This document shows positions 8,846-17,074 of a DNA stretch of 64,000 nucleotides, piece by piece. The translations under genes and the position numbers were made by a program. The first letter of the stretch is position 1. The number at the start of each line of letters is the position of its first letter. Origin of the DNA: a virus (taxonomy: Duplodnaviria; Caudoviricetes); IMG/VR virus record IMGVR_UViG_3300046495_000014, positions 1-64,000 of that record. The stretch is one strand, 5' to 3'. The notes beneath the pieces were generated by a model. It searched no databases, had not been told where the DNA came from, and saw nothing but the letters and a program-made list of their open reading frames with translations.

Positions 8846-9385
8846 CTATTTCCCGTCAGGCCCGCCCAGTCCGGCGTTGGAACTGATCGTTCGCGACGCC
8901 TTCCGAATGTCGGCCATGTACCGGATCAACGCGGATTCGTATTCTACGACGTACATCGACAGCGCCAGCTTGTGCGCCCGCTTGTAAACCACGACCGGAT
9001 CGTCTCCCGCGCCGACCTGCATCACCACTCGGACTGGTCCGACCGTGAATGTGTTGTACTTCACCGGGGAATACGTATTCGGGCCCAGCTGCACCGAAAC
9101 CTCAGCGACCGACCCCGACTTCGGATCTTTTGCGTCGACCACCTGTTCGTCCAGTGGTGTCACCCAGTCTTCCCCCTCCGGAGGCGTCGGGTTGTCCACG
9201 GTCTGCATCGCCCGTCCCTTCGCCGCAGCTTCGTCCGCCCGCTGTTGCGCCCAGTCCGGGGCGGGCGTCGACGTCGGTTCGCCGACGGCGGGAATTGGTG
9301 GTTCGACCGCCGTCGTCGGGGTCGGAGTCGAACCCGGGGATGCTGCGTTGCTTAGGGTCTGCGTGTCGCTTCGTCGCCTTACCAT
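8846..9385 (-). CDS. Hypothetical protein with Pro/Thr-rich N-terminus
   Basis: Globular C-half VSVQLGPNTYSPVKYNTFTVGPVRV; start uncertain. Confidence 0.6.
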   Translation of the reverse strand: MVRRRSDTQTLSNAASPGSTPTPTTAVEPPIPAVGEPTSTPAPDWAQQRADEAAAKGRAMQTVDNPTPPEGEDWVTPLDEQVVDAKDPKSGSVAEVSVQLGPNTYSPVKYNTFTVGPVRVVMQVGAGDDPVVVYKRAHKLALSMYVVEYESALIRYMADIRKASRTISSNAGLGGPDGK

Positions 9386-11702
9386 CTGCTTGGTTCCTCT
9401 CGATCCATTGTTTAGCCGGGATCCAGTCGTCGCCGTCGCGAACTACCACACGAGCGTTCCACCGAATCAAATTCTGCAACGGCTTCAATCCGAAAATGTT
9501 CGCGTCCCAAACGTAATACACCGCTGCGTCAGTCTTCCCCTTCGCGGATCGGGCGAACCGTCCGCGGTACTGCCGCCACTGCATCGCGCCGCCCGCGGCG
9601 TTCGCGACAGGCGACGCGCAGATCCCCCGCGCGACTGCCGGCAGATCGAACCCGACGCCGATCGCCTGGTAGGTACCGACGGCAACCTGGATCTCACCCG
9701 CGACGAATCCGCGCAACGTCCTGCCGAATTCTTCCCGGTAATCAGTCCCGCCGATCAGTAACCCCGATCGAAGTCCGATCGCCGATATCGCCGAATCCAG
9801 TACGTGACAGTGCTCCCGCCGCCCTGCGAGAACGATCGCCGATCCAACCTGCGCGACTGATTCGGATACGACCTGCACGATGGCAGCGTTCCGTTCCGCG
9901 CTACCGCCCAGATCTTCCGCCAGTCGATCCGCGGAACGGATCTTCATCTTCGTTCTCCGTGCGATCAACTGTTCTTCGGTTTCGTTCGGATCGGTCGACT
10001 TCAGATCCAGGATCTCTTGCCACCAGTCGAACCGAACGTCGGTCGGTATCACCCGAACCTCGACTTCGTGAATCCGCCCCGCCGCCACCAGTTCGTCGGC
10101 CTTCACTTCCGCGGTTACGGGCCCGAACTGATCGTAAATCAGACACTCTTTGCGGTCGGCGCGCCGCTCGTCGCCGGATACCCCGAGCCGATACCGCGCC
10201 GGGAATCTGTCGATCGACGACTGGAACGTGTCCGCCGCGAATAGTTGGATCTCGTCGCCGATTACCAGCCCGAACCGATCGACGTCGTGGGTCGGCATGT
10301 TCTTCAGCGACTGTTGCATCGCGACTACGATCGGCGGACTAACGTCGTACTTGCCGCCGCCGACTACGCCCGGCGTGAACCCTAGTTCGTCCCGGATCCG
10401 CGTACACCATTGCCGCATCAGAACGCTGTTCGATATGACGACGATCGTATTGACGCCCATCCGGGTAGCCAGAATCAACGCCGCAGTCGTTTTGCCGCTG
10501 TTATGAACAACTATCCGGTTAGCTAAATAACAGTGGGGATCGTCCAGCACCAGATCGTACGTCGCCGTCGTCCGAGCATCGCCGACATCGCGCACTTCGT
10601 CCCATATCGTTCTAGCGTTGACGTTCCGCCACTGCGTTCTACCGGGCCATGATCGGTGCGCCGCCGCGGTCATCAACGCTAAGTTCGAAAGATCGTTGTT
10701 CCGCCCGTTCTCATCGATATGATGAACCGAATATTCCGGTGGAATGAAGTACAACCCGTCGACATCACCCGATCTAAGCCTGGCGATGTACTCGTCAAAG
10801 TCTAGTCGATTCAATGCCGACTCCATCACCAATCGATGCCGCAAGACCGTCATCGCATTATCGAACTGCCTAGCAGCGTACGGATGTCCGTCTAATCCTT
10901 GGACGTACTTCCGGTGAACGCGCCCTGGAGGATCGACGTCCACTTGACCTTCGACTGCGATCTCAACTCCCGAACGTAATGCCTTTAGAGGTTTCCACCC
11001 GTGACGCGTAAGAAATAGATGATCGTCCGTCGCTTCGATCGATAGTCCACCCACCGTAATCAACCGACGTACTTCCCGATCGCCAGTCGATACCGCATCG
11101 AGAACCCGAATCAATCGCACACTACCATTCGCGTCCCGACCTCGAACGTAAGTTGGGATCGTCGGATCCCAAACCCTACCGCTAACCACCCCGCCGTGAA
11201 ATCTGTGAACGATATCCGCGATCGGAATCGTGAACGACTTCCCAGCACGATTGACTCCGATCCGGGTATCGCCGGCCACACACGCCTGAACGCTACGCCA
11301 GAGCGCCACACTATCTCGAGTCTCGAATTTCGCCATCGCCGCTTCGATGAGCGTCGACTGATAGTCGTAGGGAACTACGTTCGACGGCGGGATGTCGACT
11401 TGTTCGCCCTGCGGCCGCGTCGTCGTGACTTCGTAGGCCAGCTGGGCCGCCCGCAAGATCGCTTCGACTCGCGACAGTCCCCCGCGCGGAACCGATAATT
11501 CGCAACCGACGGATCGATCGGTACTTTCCTTCCAGGACACCAGGAACTTCGGAACGTGCTTGAAGAACCCGAACGCTTTCGCCTTCGAGTAGTCCGGATT
11601 CGAGTACGTGAATTGGCGCTTGATCTCGTCGCGCACTTCGTCCGACAACTGGCCGTCGAAGTCGTCGATCCGAACCCGGTTGTCGATGTGCAGAATGATC
11701 AC
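9102..11702 (-). CDS. SF2 DEAD/DEAH-like helicase interrupted by an intein
   Basis: QA|SGKT Walker A after splicing, LVIGDEIQ, RLGVSGD, VAVGTYQAIGVGFDLP, QYRGRFAR; start moved to GTG 11702 (CATAGT-N6-GTG). Confidence 0.88.
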   Translation of the reverse strand: MIILHIDNRVRIDDFDGQLSDEVRDEIKRQFTYSNPDYSKAKAFGFFKHVPKFLVSWKESTDRSVGCELSVPRGGLSRVEAILRAAQLAYEVTTTRPQGEQVDIPPSNVVPYDYQSTLIEAAMAKFETRDSVALWRSVQACVAGDTRIGVNRAGKSFTIPIADIVHRFHGGVVSGRVWDPTIPTYVRGRDANGSVRLIRVLDAVSTGDREVRRLITVGGLSIEATDDHLFLTRHGWKPLKALRSGVEIAVEGQVDVDPPGRVHRKYVQGLDGHPYAARQFDNAMTVLRHRLVMESALNRLDFDEYIARLRSGDVDGLYFIPPEYSVHHIDENGRNNDLSNLALMTAAAHRSWPGRTQWRNVNARTIWDEVRDVGDARTTATYDLVLDDPHCYLANRIVVHNSGKTTAALILATRMGVNTIVVISNSVLMRQWCTRIRDELGFTPGVVGGGKYDVSPPIVVAMQQSLKNMPTHDVDRFGLVIGDEIQLFAADTFQSSIDRFPARYRLGVSGDERRADRKECLIYDQFGPVTAEVKADELVAAGRIHEVEVRVIPTDVRFDWWQEILDLKSTDPNETEEQLIARRTKMKIRSADRLAEDLGGSAERNAAIVQVVSESVAQVGSAIVLAGRREHCHVLDSAISAIGLRSGLLIGGTDYREEFGRTLRGFVAGEIQVAVGTYQAIGVGFDLPAVARGICASPVANAAGGAMQWRQYRGRFARSAKGKTDAAVYYVWDANIFGLKPLQNLIRWNARVVVRDGDDWIPAKQWIERNQADGKATKRHADPKQRSIPGFDSDPDDGGRTTNSRRRRTDVDARPGLGATAGGRSCGEGTGDADRGQPDASGGGRLGDTTGRTGGRRKRSEVGVGR
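10500..11282 (-). mobile_element. Intein (261 aa) with HNH homing endonuclease
   Basis: Starts CVAGDTRI, block B EATDDHLFLT, ends HCYLANRIVVHN followed by Ser; internal HRLVMESAL...VHHIDENGRNNDLSNL. Confidence 0.92.
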
Positions 11703-11725
11703 GCCCGTACTATGACGCGAACCGT

Positions 11726-12448
11726 TCAGCACGACGGACCGTCGGGGATCCAGCCTGGTCCGATGTCCTTGCAGTTCGGGGGATTCCCCGCGACGTATTC
11801 CCACGTCGTTCCGGCGGTCGTCCGCAAACAGCACAGGATCTGCGTCTTCCCGGTTCCTACTGGCGCGGCCGTAGTAGCTCCGCCCGTGCCCGTCGGCGTT
11901 CCGCCGACCGCTGTCGTAGCCTTCGCAGTCGTTCCGCCCGTGCCCGTCGAACATTTCCCGCAGGACTTCGAACAGTAGCCGGCGAACCAACTTTGCGAGC
12001 ACAGACCGATCGTAACGGCTTCCACGCAGGTCTCTTGCGGCCTAGGGGTATCGACGCAGCCCGTCGCAGTCGTTCCCCCGGCGGTCGTCTGCGTAGTCGT
12101 AGCGGTCGCAGTCGTCCCGCCGACGCCGGATCGATCCGGCGTCGAAGTCGTCGCCGTAGTTCCGCCGGCTGTCGTCGCCGTAGTTCCGCCGGCTGTCGTC
12201 GCCGTAGTCGTCCCCGTCGATCCACCAATTGAAGTTCTGGCAGTAGTCGCCGGGATCGGCGTAGTTCCGCCCGTCGCTGAAGTCGTCCCCGTCGATCCTC
12301 CAATTGTCGTCCGGTCCTGGTTCGCCGTTACCCCTACCGCCCCCGCGGTGATCTGGTCAGTCGATCCGCCCGTATCCGATCCGCAGCCGGTTATCAGTAC
12401 CAGTCCGATCGCTAGTAGTCGCATGGTCGATCCCTTCCTTTCGGTCAC
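11726..12448 (-). CDS. Lipoprotein with Thr/Gly linker and Cys-rich (ShKT-like) module
   Basis: Lipobox LITGC; GGTTATT repeats; CVDTP..CVEAVTIGLCSQSWFAGYCSKSCGKC. Confidence 0.7.
   Translation of the reverse strand: MTERKGSTMRLLAIGLVLITGCGSDTGGSTDQITAGAVGVTANQDRTTIGGSTGTTSATGGTTPIPATTARTSIGGSTGTTTATTAGGTTATTAGGTTATTSTPDRSGVGGTTATATTTQTTAGGTTATGCVDTPRPQETCVEAVTIGLCSQSWFAGYCSKSCGKCSTGTGGTTAKATTAVGGTPTGTGGATTAAPVGTGKTQILCCLRTTAGTTWEYVAGNPPNCKDIGPGWIPDGPSC
12122..12143. repeat. 22-bp palindrome, exact copy, in-frame inside lipoprotein gene
   Basis: Reads TPDRSGV within the Thr-rich linker. Confidence 0.97.
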
Positions 12449-12459
12449 TGTTCAAGGTA

Positions 12460-12476
12460 CGGCGCACGACGCGCCT
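12460..12476 (-). promoter_or_regulatory. 17-bp operator-like palindrome (degenerate) before TACCTT
   Basis: Minus strand AGGCGCGTCGTGCGCCG TACCTT N5 GTG(12448). Confidence 0.55.
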
Positions 12477-12523
12477 ATGCTAGCCCTATTCGATAACGCG
12501 TCGTCGTTTGGTACGGGTAGGGC

Positions 12524-13309
12524 CTACCCGCGACCGTACCCCAAACTTCGCAGCGCTTCGACGACGGCAGTCGATACTACCGTGGCTAGATCCGCTGCCG
12601 GTAACGCGGGGGGAGTCGGTTCCGCCCGGGGGGATTCGTACTTCCCAGACCTTCGAATCGACGGCAGTACTTCCGACGTCACCCAGCGCTTGAACGCCCT
12701 AGCTTCCGGCTTCCGACTCCCGAGGATGAGCGCGTATAGCCCCGATTCGTTGACGTAAAGTGCTTTAGTTTGGCTCGTTCTCAGTTGAACAGATACTGCC
12801 ACAGTATCCTCAGAATCAATTCGCGAACACGCTTGGCTAACATTCTCGACCCCCAGCGCCTTGCAGACGTCCGACGCCCGGAACAACGGAGCGTCCTGCG
12901 TCCCCGCTGTTCGAACAATCGACGACCCGAACATGAACGCCGGTCCGATGTCATCCGATTCGTCGACGGTCGGAAGATCGGATTCCTCTAACGACGTCGC
13001 CCAATCGGCGTACTGATTCGCGTTCGATAACCCCAGCGCGTTCTTGGTGCGTATCCCCAGCACGACTACGCCTTCCGCCGAAATGTATACGGTACGGACC
13101 GTATGCCCCACGGAATTCGTCCGTTGAAACGCCCTCGCGCGGTTTTCGTTCAGACCGCCGCCGGGTAGCAGTCCGGCCATAATCCAGCGCCCGACAGTCG
13201 ACGGGTCCACGCCGATCAACGTCGCGATCTGCCGCTTCATCAGCCACGGCTGTCCGTCTTCGATGCGTACCGCCAACGTCGTCTGGCCTACTTGGTAAAG
13301 CTTGTTCAT
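12524..13309 (-). CDS. BRO-N family antirepressor-like protein
   Basis: PLFRASDVCKALG...YVNESGLYALILGSRKPEARAFKRWVTSEVLPSIRRSGKY; N-terminal WLMKRQIATLIGVDPSTVGRWI HTH; start at ATG 13309 (GGAG RBS). Confidence 0.9.
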   Translation of the reverse strand: MNKLYQVGQTTLAVRIEDGQPWLMKRQIATLIGVDPSTVGRWIMAGLLPGGGLNENRARAFQRTNSVGHTVRTVYISAEGVVVLGIRTKNALGLSNANQYADWATSLEESDLPTVDESDDIGPAFMFGSSIVRTAGTQDAPLFRASDVCKALGVENVSQACSRIDSEDTVAVSVQLRTSQTKALYVNESGLYALILGSRKPEARAFKRWVTSEVLPSIRRSGKYESPRAEPTPPALPAADLATVVSTAVVEALRSLGYGRG

Positions 13310-13339
13310 CGTCTGAGTCTCCACGACGACTATGGCGCG

Positions 13340-13361
13340 GACGCCGGATCGATCCGGCGTC
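13340..13361. repeat. 22-bp palindrome, exact copy (BRO promoter)
   Basis: Followed on minus strand by CGCGCCATAGT. Confidence 0.97.
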
Positions 13362-13563
13362 GGACTATCACGGTTCCCCCTGAATACTTCCGGGCCCTGG
13401 CGGTGCGCGACTGCGCACCATCGCATCGGCGTTAGCCGATGCGATTTCCTGCCCTACCTAAAGATCAACAAACCGATCGAACTAACCGACCGACGGACTA
13501 CCCCACGGTTTAGGTTCTCAAATAGATCATAAGAGATCTTAGCTACTAGTTGCTCCACAACGA

Positions 13564-13863
13564 CTACGGGTCGATTCGCTGCAGTACGACCCGCCAGCGC
13601 CCAGCCGGGATCCGTACGTCGACGATCGGACCTTCGGAGTCGGGCAGGATCTGCACGGTCTGGTTCCCGTCGACTTCGCCCGCGACGATGTTCGTCGGCG
13701 GTTCCGTCGGTATCCGGTAAACGCGATGCGGGCGGTGCGCGTCGAACTGGCAGCGGACCCACACAGGATCGTACTGGTCCAGGACTTCGACGGGCAGCCC
13801 CGCCCGTACCCGCTGCAGCGCCGTCTGATAGTCGATCCAGGGTCCCCCGTCGTTTCGGTTCAT
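13564..13863 (-). CDS. Hypothetical protein (99 aa)
   Basis: Coupled ATGA overlap with upstream ORF. Confidence 0.55.
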   Translation of the reverse strand: MNRNDGGPWIDYQTALQRVRAGLPVEVLDQYDPVWVRCQFDAHRPHRVYRIPTEPPTNIVAGEVDGNQTVQILPDSEGPIVDVRIPAGRWRVVLQRIDP

Positions 13864-14045
13864 AGTATCGGGGCAGGCTTACCCGTTCCGCGGTACTTCT
13901 TCAACGCCCGTTTCGCGGCCTGGTCGATCTTCCGTCGCTGCGCCCGCGGCAACGCGCGGTACGCCTTCAGATACGCGTCCGAGTTGTCGTCGGTCGGATC
14001 GACCTGCATCAGTTCGTTCGGAATTCGGTGGAACTTATAGTCCAT
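13860..14045 (-). CDS. Small basic hypothetical protein
   Basis: MDYKFHRIPNELM...; start overlaps upstream stop. Confidence 0.55.
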   Translation of the reverse strand: MDYKFHRIPNELMQVDPTDDNSDAYLKAYRALPRAQRRKIDQAAKRALKKYRGTGKPAPIL

Positions 14046-14398
14046 CAGCGGCCGCCCATGAACCCGATCGCGTACTGCGTGCAGGTGGTGTTGACGGTCA
14101 GTTGCGCGTAAAGCTTCGCGGTCCCTACGGGCGGCGTGGGTAGCTGCGTGATCGCGTCGACGGCGCAAGCGGTAGCCGCGCCGATCGCCATCCAGCGCTT
14201 TAGCTGCGCGACGTATCCCCACACTTGCAGGGTAATCCCGCCGCCCACGGGCGCGGCGTACAACGCGGTGGGATCGGTGTCTTTTCCGGACGTTCCGACG
14301 AACACGCGCAGTTCCGACGGTTCAGCGACGTTAGGGGTGGACGCGTCGACGACCAGCGCGGATCCGGTTAGGACGGTGATGAAAGTGGGGGCGCTCAT
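14045..14398 (-). CDS. Hypothetical beta-rich (likely virion) protein
   Basis: TAGTCT-N6-ATG start; normal composition. Confidence 0.6.
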   Translation of the reverse strand: MSAPTFITVLTGSALVVDASTPNVAEPSELRVFVGTSGKDTDPTALYAAPVGGGITLQVWGYVAQLKRWMAIGAATACAVDAITQLPTPPVGTAKLYAQLTVNTTCTQYAIGFMGGR

Positions 14399-14421
14399 GT
14401 CCGAAGACTACTCGTCGACAG

Positions 14422-14658
14422 TCATCGCAGCAAGGTCGCGATCAGTAGTCCGCCGTCGACGATTACCGCGACCAAAATGCCGAACCCGATCCATCGGATC
14501 CGGCTGACCTGCGCCGCCAGCGAATCGCCGCCGCAGTAAACGCAGCCGCGTTCCGACGCTACCGACGGGCGGGCGTGTCGGCGTAGCATCACCAGGTCCG
14601 CCATCCGCAACACGGCGCGGGCCGCTACTGGTTCCCGGGGTGTGTTGTCGTCGGCCAT
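14422..14658 (-). CDS. Small membrane protein (CxxC + C-terminal TM), holin-like candidate
   Basis: Start reassigned to ATG 14658 (GTGTTACCTT-N6); IGFGILVAVIVDGGLLIATLL. Confidence 0.55.
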   Translation of the reverse strand: MADDNTPREPVAARAVLRMADLVMLRRHARPSVASERGCVYCGGDSLAAQVSRIRWIGFGILVAVIVDGGLLIATLLR

Positions 14659-14681
14659 GAGCCGAAGGTAACACGTCGGAA

Positions 14682-15176
14682 TTACGGTCGCTTGTCGCCT
14701 GTGCGCGCCTTGATGACATTGCGCGGAATAGTCACCAGATCCTGTTGATCCTGTTCCTGTTTCTGTCGCGCCAACGCCGTGTCCGCGCCTTCGCGAACGC
14801 CGCGCAAATACGCGGTTTGCTGGCTTTCCTGCGCCGTCGCGATCTTTTGATCGACGTTCTCGCTCGACCGGGTAACGGCTTCGGCCTTCGTCGTCGCCGC
14901 GAAGTTCAGGGCCCACAGTAGGATCCCGACGACGAGCGATCCGCCCGCGCCGATAATAGTCACGACGATCGTCCCGACGTGCCCCGACTTCGCAGCCTTC
15001 GACGCCGCTGCCTGTTCCAGCTGAACGACGCGCAACGTTAGGTCGTCGACCGCCGATTCCAGAGTCTGGACTTGGGACAACGCCAGGCGCGCGTCCACGG
15101 CCGTCTCGATGTCGTTCTGAGACGCAGCGGTGGACCTTGGCGGCCGCGCCGGCTGTGGGATAGTCGGCCAAGTCAT
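14682..15176 (-). CDS. Coiled-coil membrane protein (lysis accessory candidate)
   Basis: One TM helix flanked by coiled coils; GTGGTACCGT-N5-ATG. Confidence 0.55.
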   Translation of the reverse strand: MTWPTIPQPARPPRSTAASQNDIETAVDARLALSQVQTLESAVDDLTLRVVQLEQAAASKAAKSGHVGTIVVTIIGAGGSLVVGILLWALNFAATTKAEAVTRSSENVDQKIATAQESQQTAYLRGVREGADTALARQKQEQDQQDLVTIPRNVIKARTGDKRP

Positions 15177-15227
15177 GGCCTACGGTACCACAGTGCCCCA
15201 GGATTGCGGCACACGGGGTTTACGAAA

Positions 15228-15255
15228 GGGGGGTGACTGTACGACAGCACCCCCC
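15228..15255 (-). terminator. Intrinsic terminator after tail fibre gene
   Basis: GGGGGGTG CTGT cgt ACAG T CACCCCCC followed by TTT on minus strand. Confidence 0.6.
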
Positions 15256-15288
15256 TACTCGAAACCATCTAGGACCCGGAAGGCCGGA

Positions 15289-17055
15289 TCACGGTCTGAC
15301 GCGTCGGTAAGTACCCCAGGAACCAGCGCCAGCCGACGGCGACGCCGGACACGTAAACGTCGCGCCCGTTCCCGCGTCGTTGTACGCCAGTAGCTCCACC
15401 TTCAGCGTCCCGCCCTTCGTGAGAATCAGACACAGGGGGAACGTCCACCGAACTTCGCCCGTCGTCGTGAACGTAAGCCAGTTCGAGATGACGTGGACGA
15501 CTGGACCAACGCCGCCCACACCTTCGGTGATCTTGGCATGTAACCCGACTGATCCCGTCCCAGTCGCTGCCGCCTGGCACAGGATCGTTCCGATCTCCAA
15601 ATCGATGACGTCGCCGATCTGCGTTTCCGTATCCGTGAAGATCGCCGACGGAATAAGAGCCCCGGCGCCGCTGTCGTCGTGCCCCGGGGTGAACGGTAGA
15701 ATCAACAACGTCGGCGAACCGATCAGAGGCTGAACTCGCATCAGTTGATTGCGCGGCATCGGCAGGCCGTCGCGACGACGCGACCCTTGCAGGATCCCGG
15801 TGTGCGTCGTCCAGGCGTAGGGCACTTCCCAGTCGCCGTTGCCCAGCGCCAACGGGATAGCGTACGCGGTACCGACGCAACCGCCGAACCCTGTACTAGC
15901 CAGCGATACGGTCAACGTTGACGTCGCCGTGAAGTCCACCGACTCTTGGATCTTCGATAGGTACATCAGCACGCCGTTCGATCCGCGCGGTCGTCGACGG
16001 GCGGGGTTCGGCACGTTCGCGTCGTTGTTTAGCGAGTTTTGCGAATACCGGACGCAACGAGGGAGCGGCGTACTGGTCCCGAGAGTCGGGAAACAGGCGA
16101 CCAGAATGATCGTGTCCGTTTCGCCCTGAACGAATCCCGATCCGCGCACCGCATTGGCCGCGTTACACGGAACCCCTGCGATGTCGCCGCCCGTAGAATT
16201 ACCGAAGTTGGCTAGGTCCGTCGCCGCGATCGGCGTGTTCTGGTAGATCTTCCCGGCTATCTTGATCCCAGCGTATTCGGCATCCACCCGCCCGTAGAAC
16301 CCGAACGTGTCGAGCGTCGACGCGCCTGTGAACGTTACGTCGTGCCCTCCGTGGACGTCCACGACTGCGGTGTTCGACATCGTAGTCTCGGGCCCCAGGT
16401 CCATTCCGATGTCCCGCAGTAACGGGCGGACGTCGTAAAAGTCGACTTGGTTTAGCGCCGCTCCCGGTTGGACGATCGCCAGCGCCAGCGGTAGCCAGCC
16501 CGTCACCGTACCCGGCGCCGTCCCGGGTGTTCCGGTCCGAACGCGGAATATGAGCGTACTTCGGATCGTCTTCGGTATCGACGTTGGGATGAACGCCTCG
16601 GTCGCTTCGTCGTAAATGTCACGACTTTCGTTCGTCGTCGTACTGTCAATGTTGAACCCGACTTCAATAACGTCGCAGCGGGGAGCGCCGCCGGAATTCG
16701 CGACGATTACCATCGCAGGGTCTAACGTGGATACGCCGTCGGACACAACGACCTGGAACCCACTGTCGACCACTGGATCTGCGGGTTCGATCCCGGTCCA
16801 TCCCGCTAACGTGCCGGGTGAGATCATGACGTACCCGGGCGAGTCCACGATCGCTTCGAGTCCGTCCAGCACAACCGACGACCATGCCGTCGGGCGAACC
16901 GTTACGCCGGGCGTGTCCGTCGAATGGTTCCGCTGAACCAGCGCGCGCAAGATCTCGTTTCGCTCCCGTGCTACGTAGTCTTGCAGGTTGTTGTTGTCGT
17001 CCGACACGACGCGTTCGCGTAAGTTGAATTGTACTCTTTGTTGCCCGCTTGACAT
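15289..17055 (-). CDS. Tail fibre / baseplate-attached protein
   Basis: Follows baseplate wedge genes; beta-rich; start at MSSGQQRVQFNLRER. Confidence 0.6.
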   Translation of the reverse strand: MSSGQQRVQFNLRERVVSDDNNNLQDYVARERNEILRALVQRNHSTDTPGVTVRPTAWSSVVLDGLEAIVDSPGYVMISPGTLAGWTGIEPADPVVDSGFQVVVSDGVSTLDPAMVIVANSGGAPRCDVIEVGFNIDSTTTNESRDIYDEATEAFIPTSIPKTIRSTLIFRVRTGTPGTAPGTVTGWLPLALAIVQPGAALNQVDFYDVRPLLRDIGMDLGPETTMSNTAVVDVHGGHDVTFTGASTLDTFGFYGRVDAEYAGIKIAGKIYQNTPIAATDLANFGNSTGGDIAGVPCNAANAVRGSGFVQGETDTIILVACFPTLGTSTPLPRCVRYSQNSLNNDANVPNPARRRPRGSNGVLMYLSKIQESVDFTATSTLTVSLASTGFGGCVGTAYAIPLALGNGDWEVPYAWTTHTGILQGSRRRDGLPMPRNQLMRVQPLIGSPTLLILPFTPGHDDSGAGALIPSAIFTDTETQIGDVIDLEIGTILCQAAATGTGSVGLHAKITEGVGGVGPVVHVISNWLTFTTTGEVRWTFPLCLILTKGGTLKVELLAYNDAGTGATFTCPASPSAGAGSWGTYRRVRP

Positions 17056-17074
17056 GTCCGCAGCCTTTCCGTGG

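Noticed and set aside
11703-12002. N-terminal 100 aa of the 966-aa helicase ORF
   Set aside because: Arg-rich shadow of the overlapping lipoprotein gene; CATAGT-N6-GTG at 11702 gives a better start.
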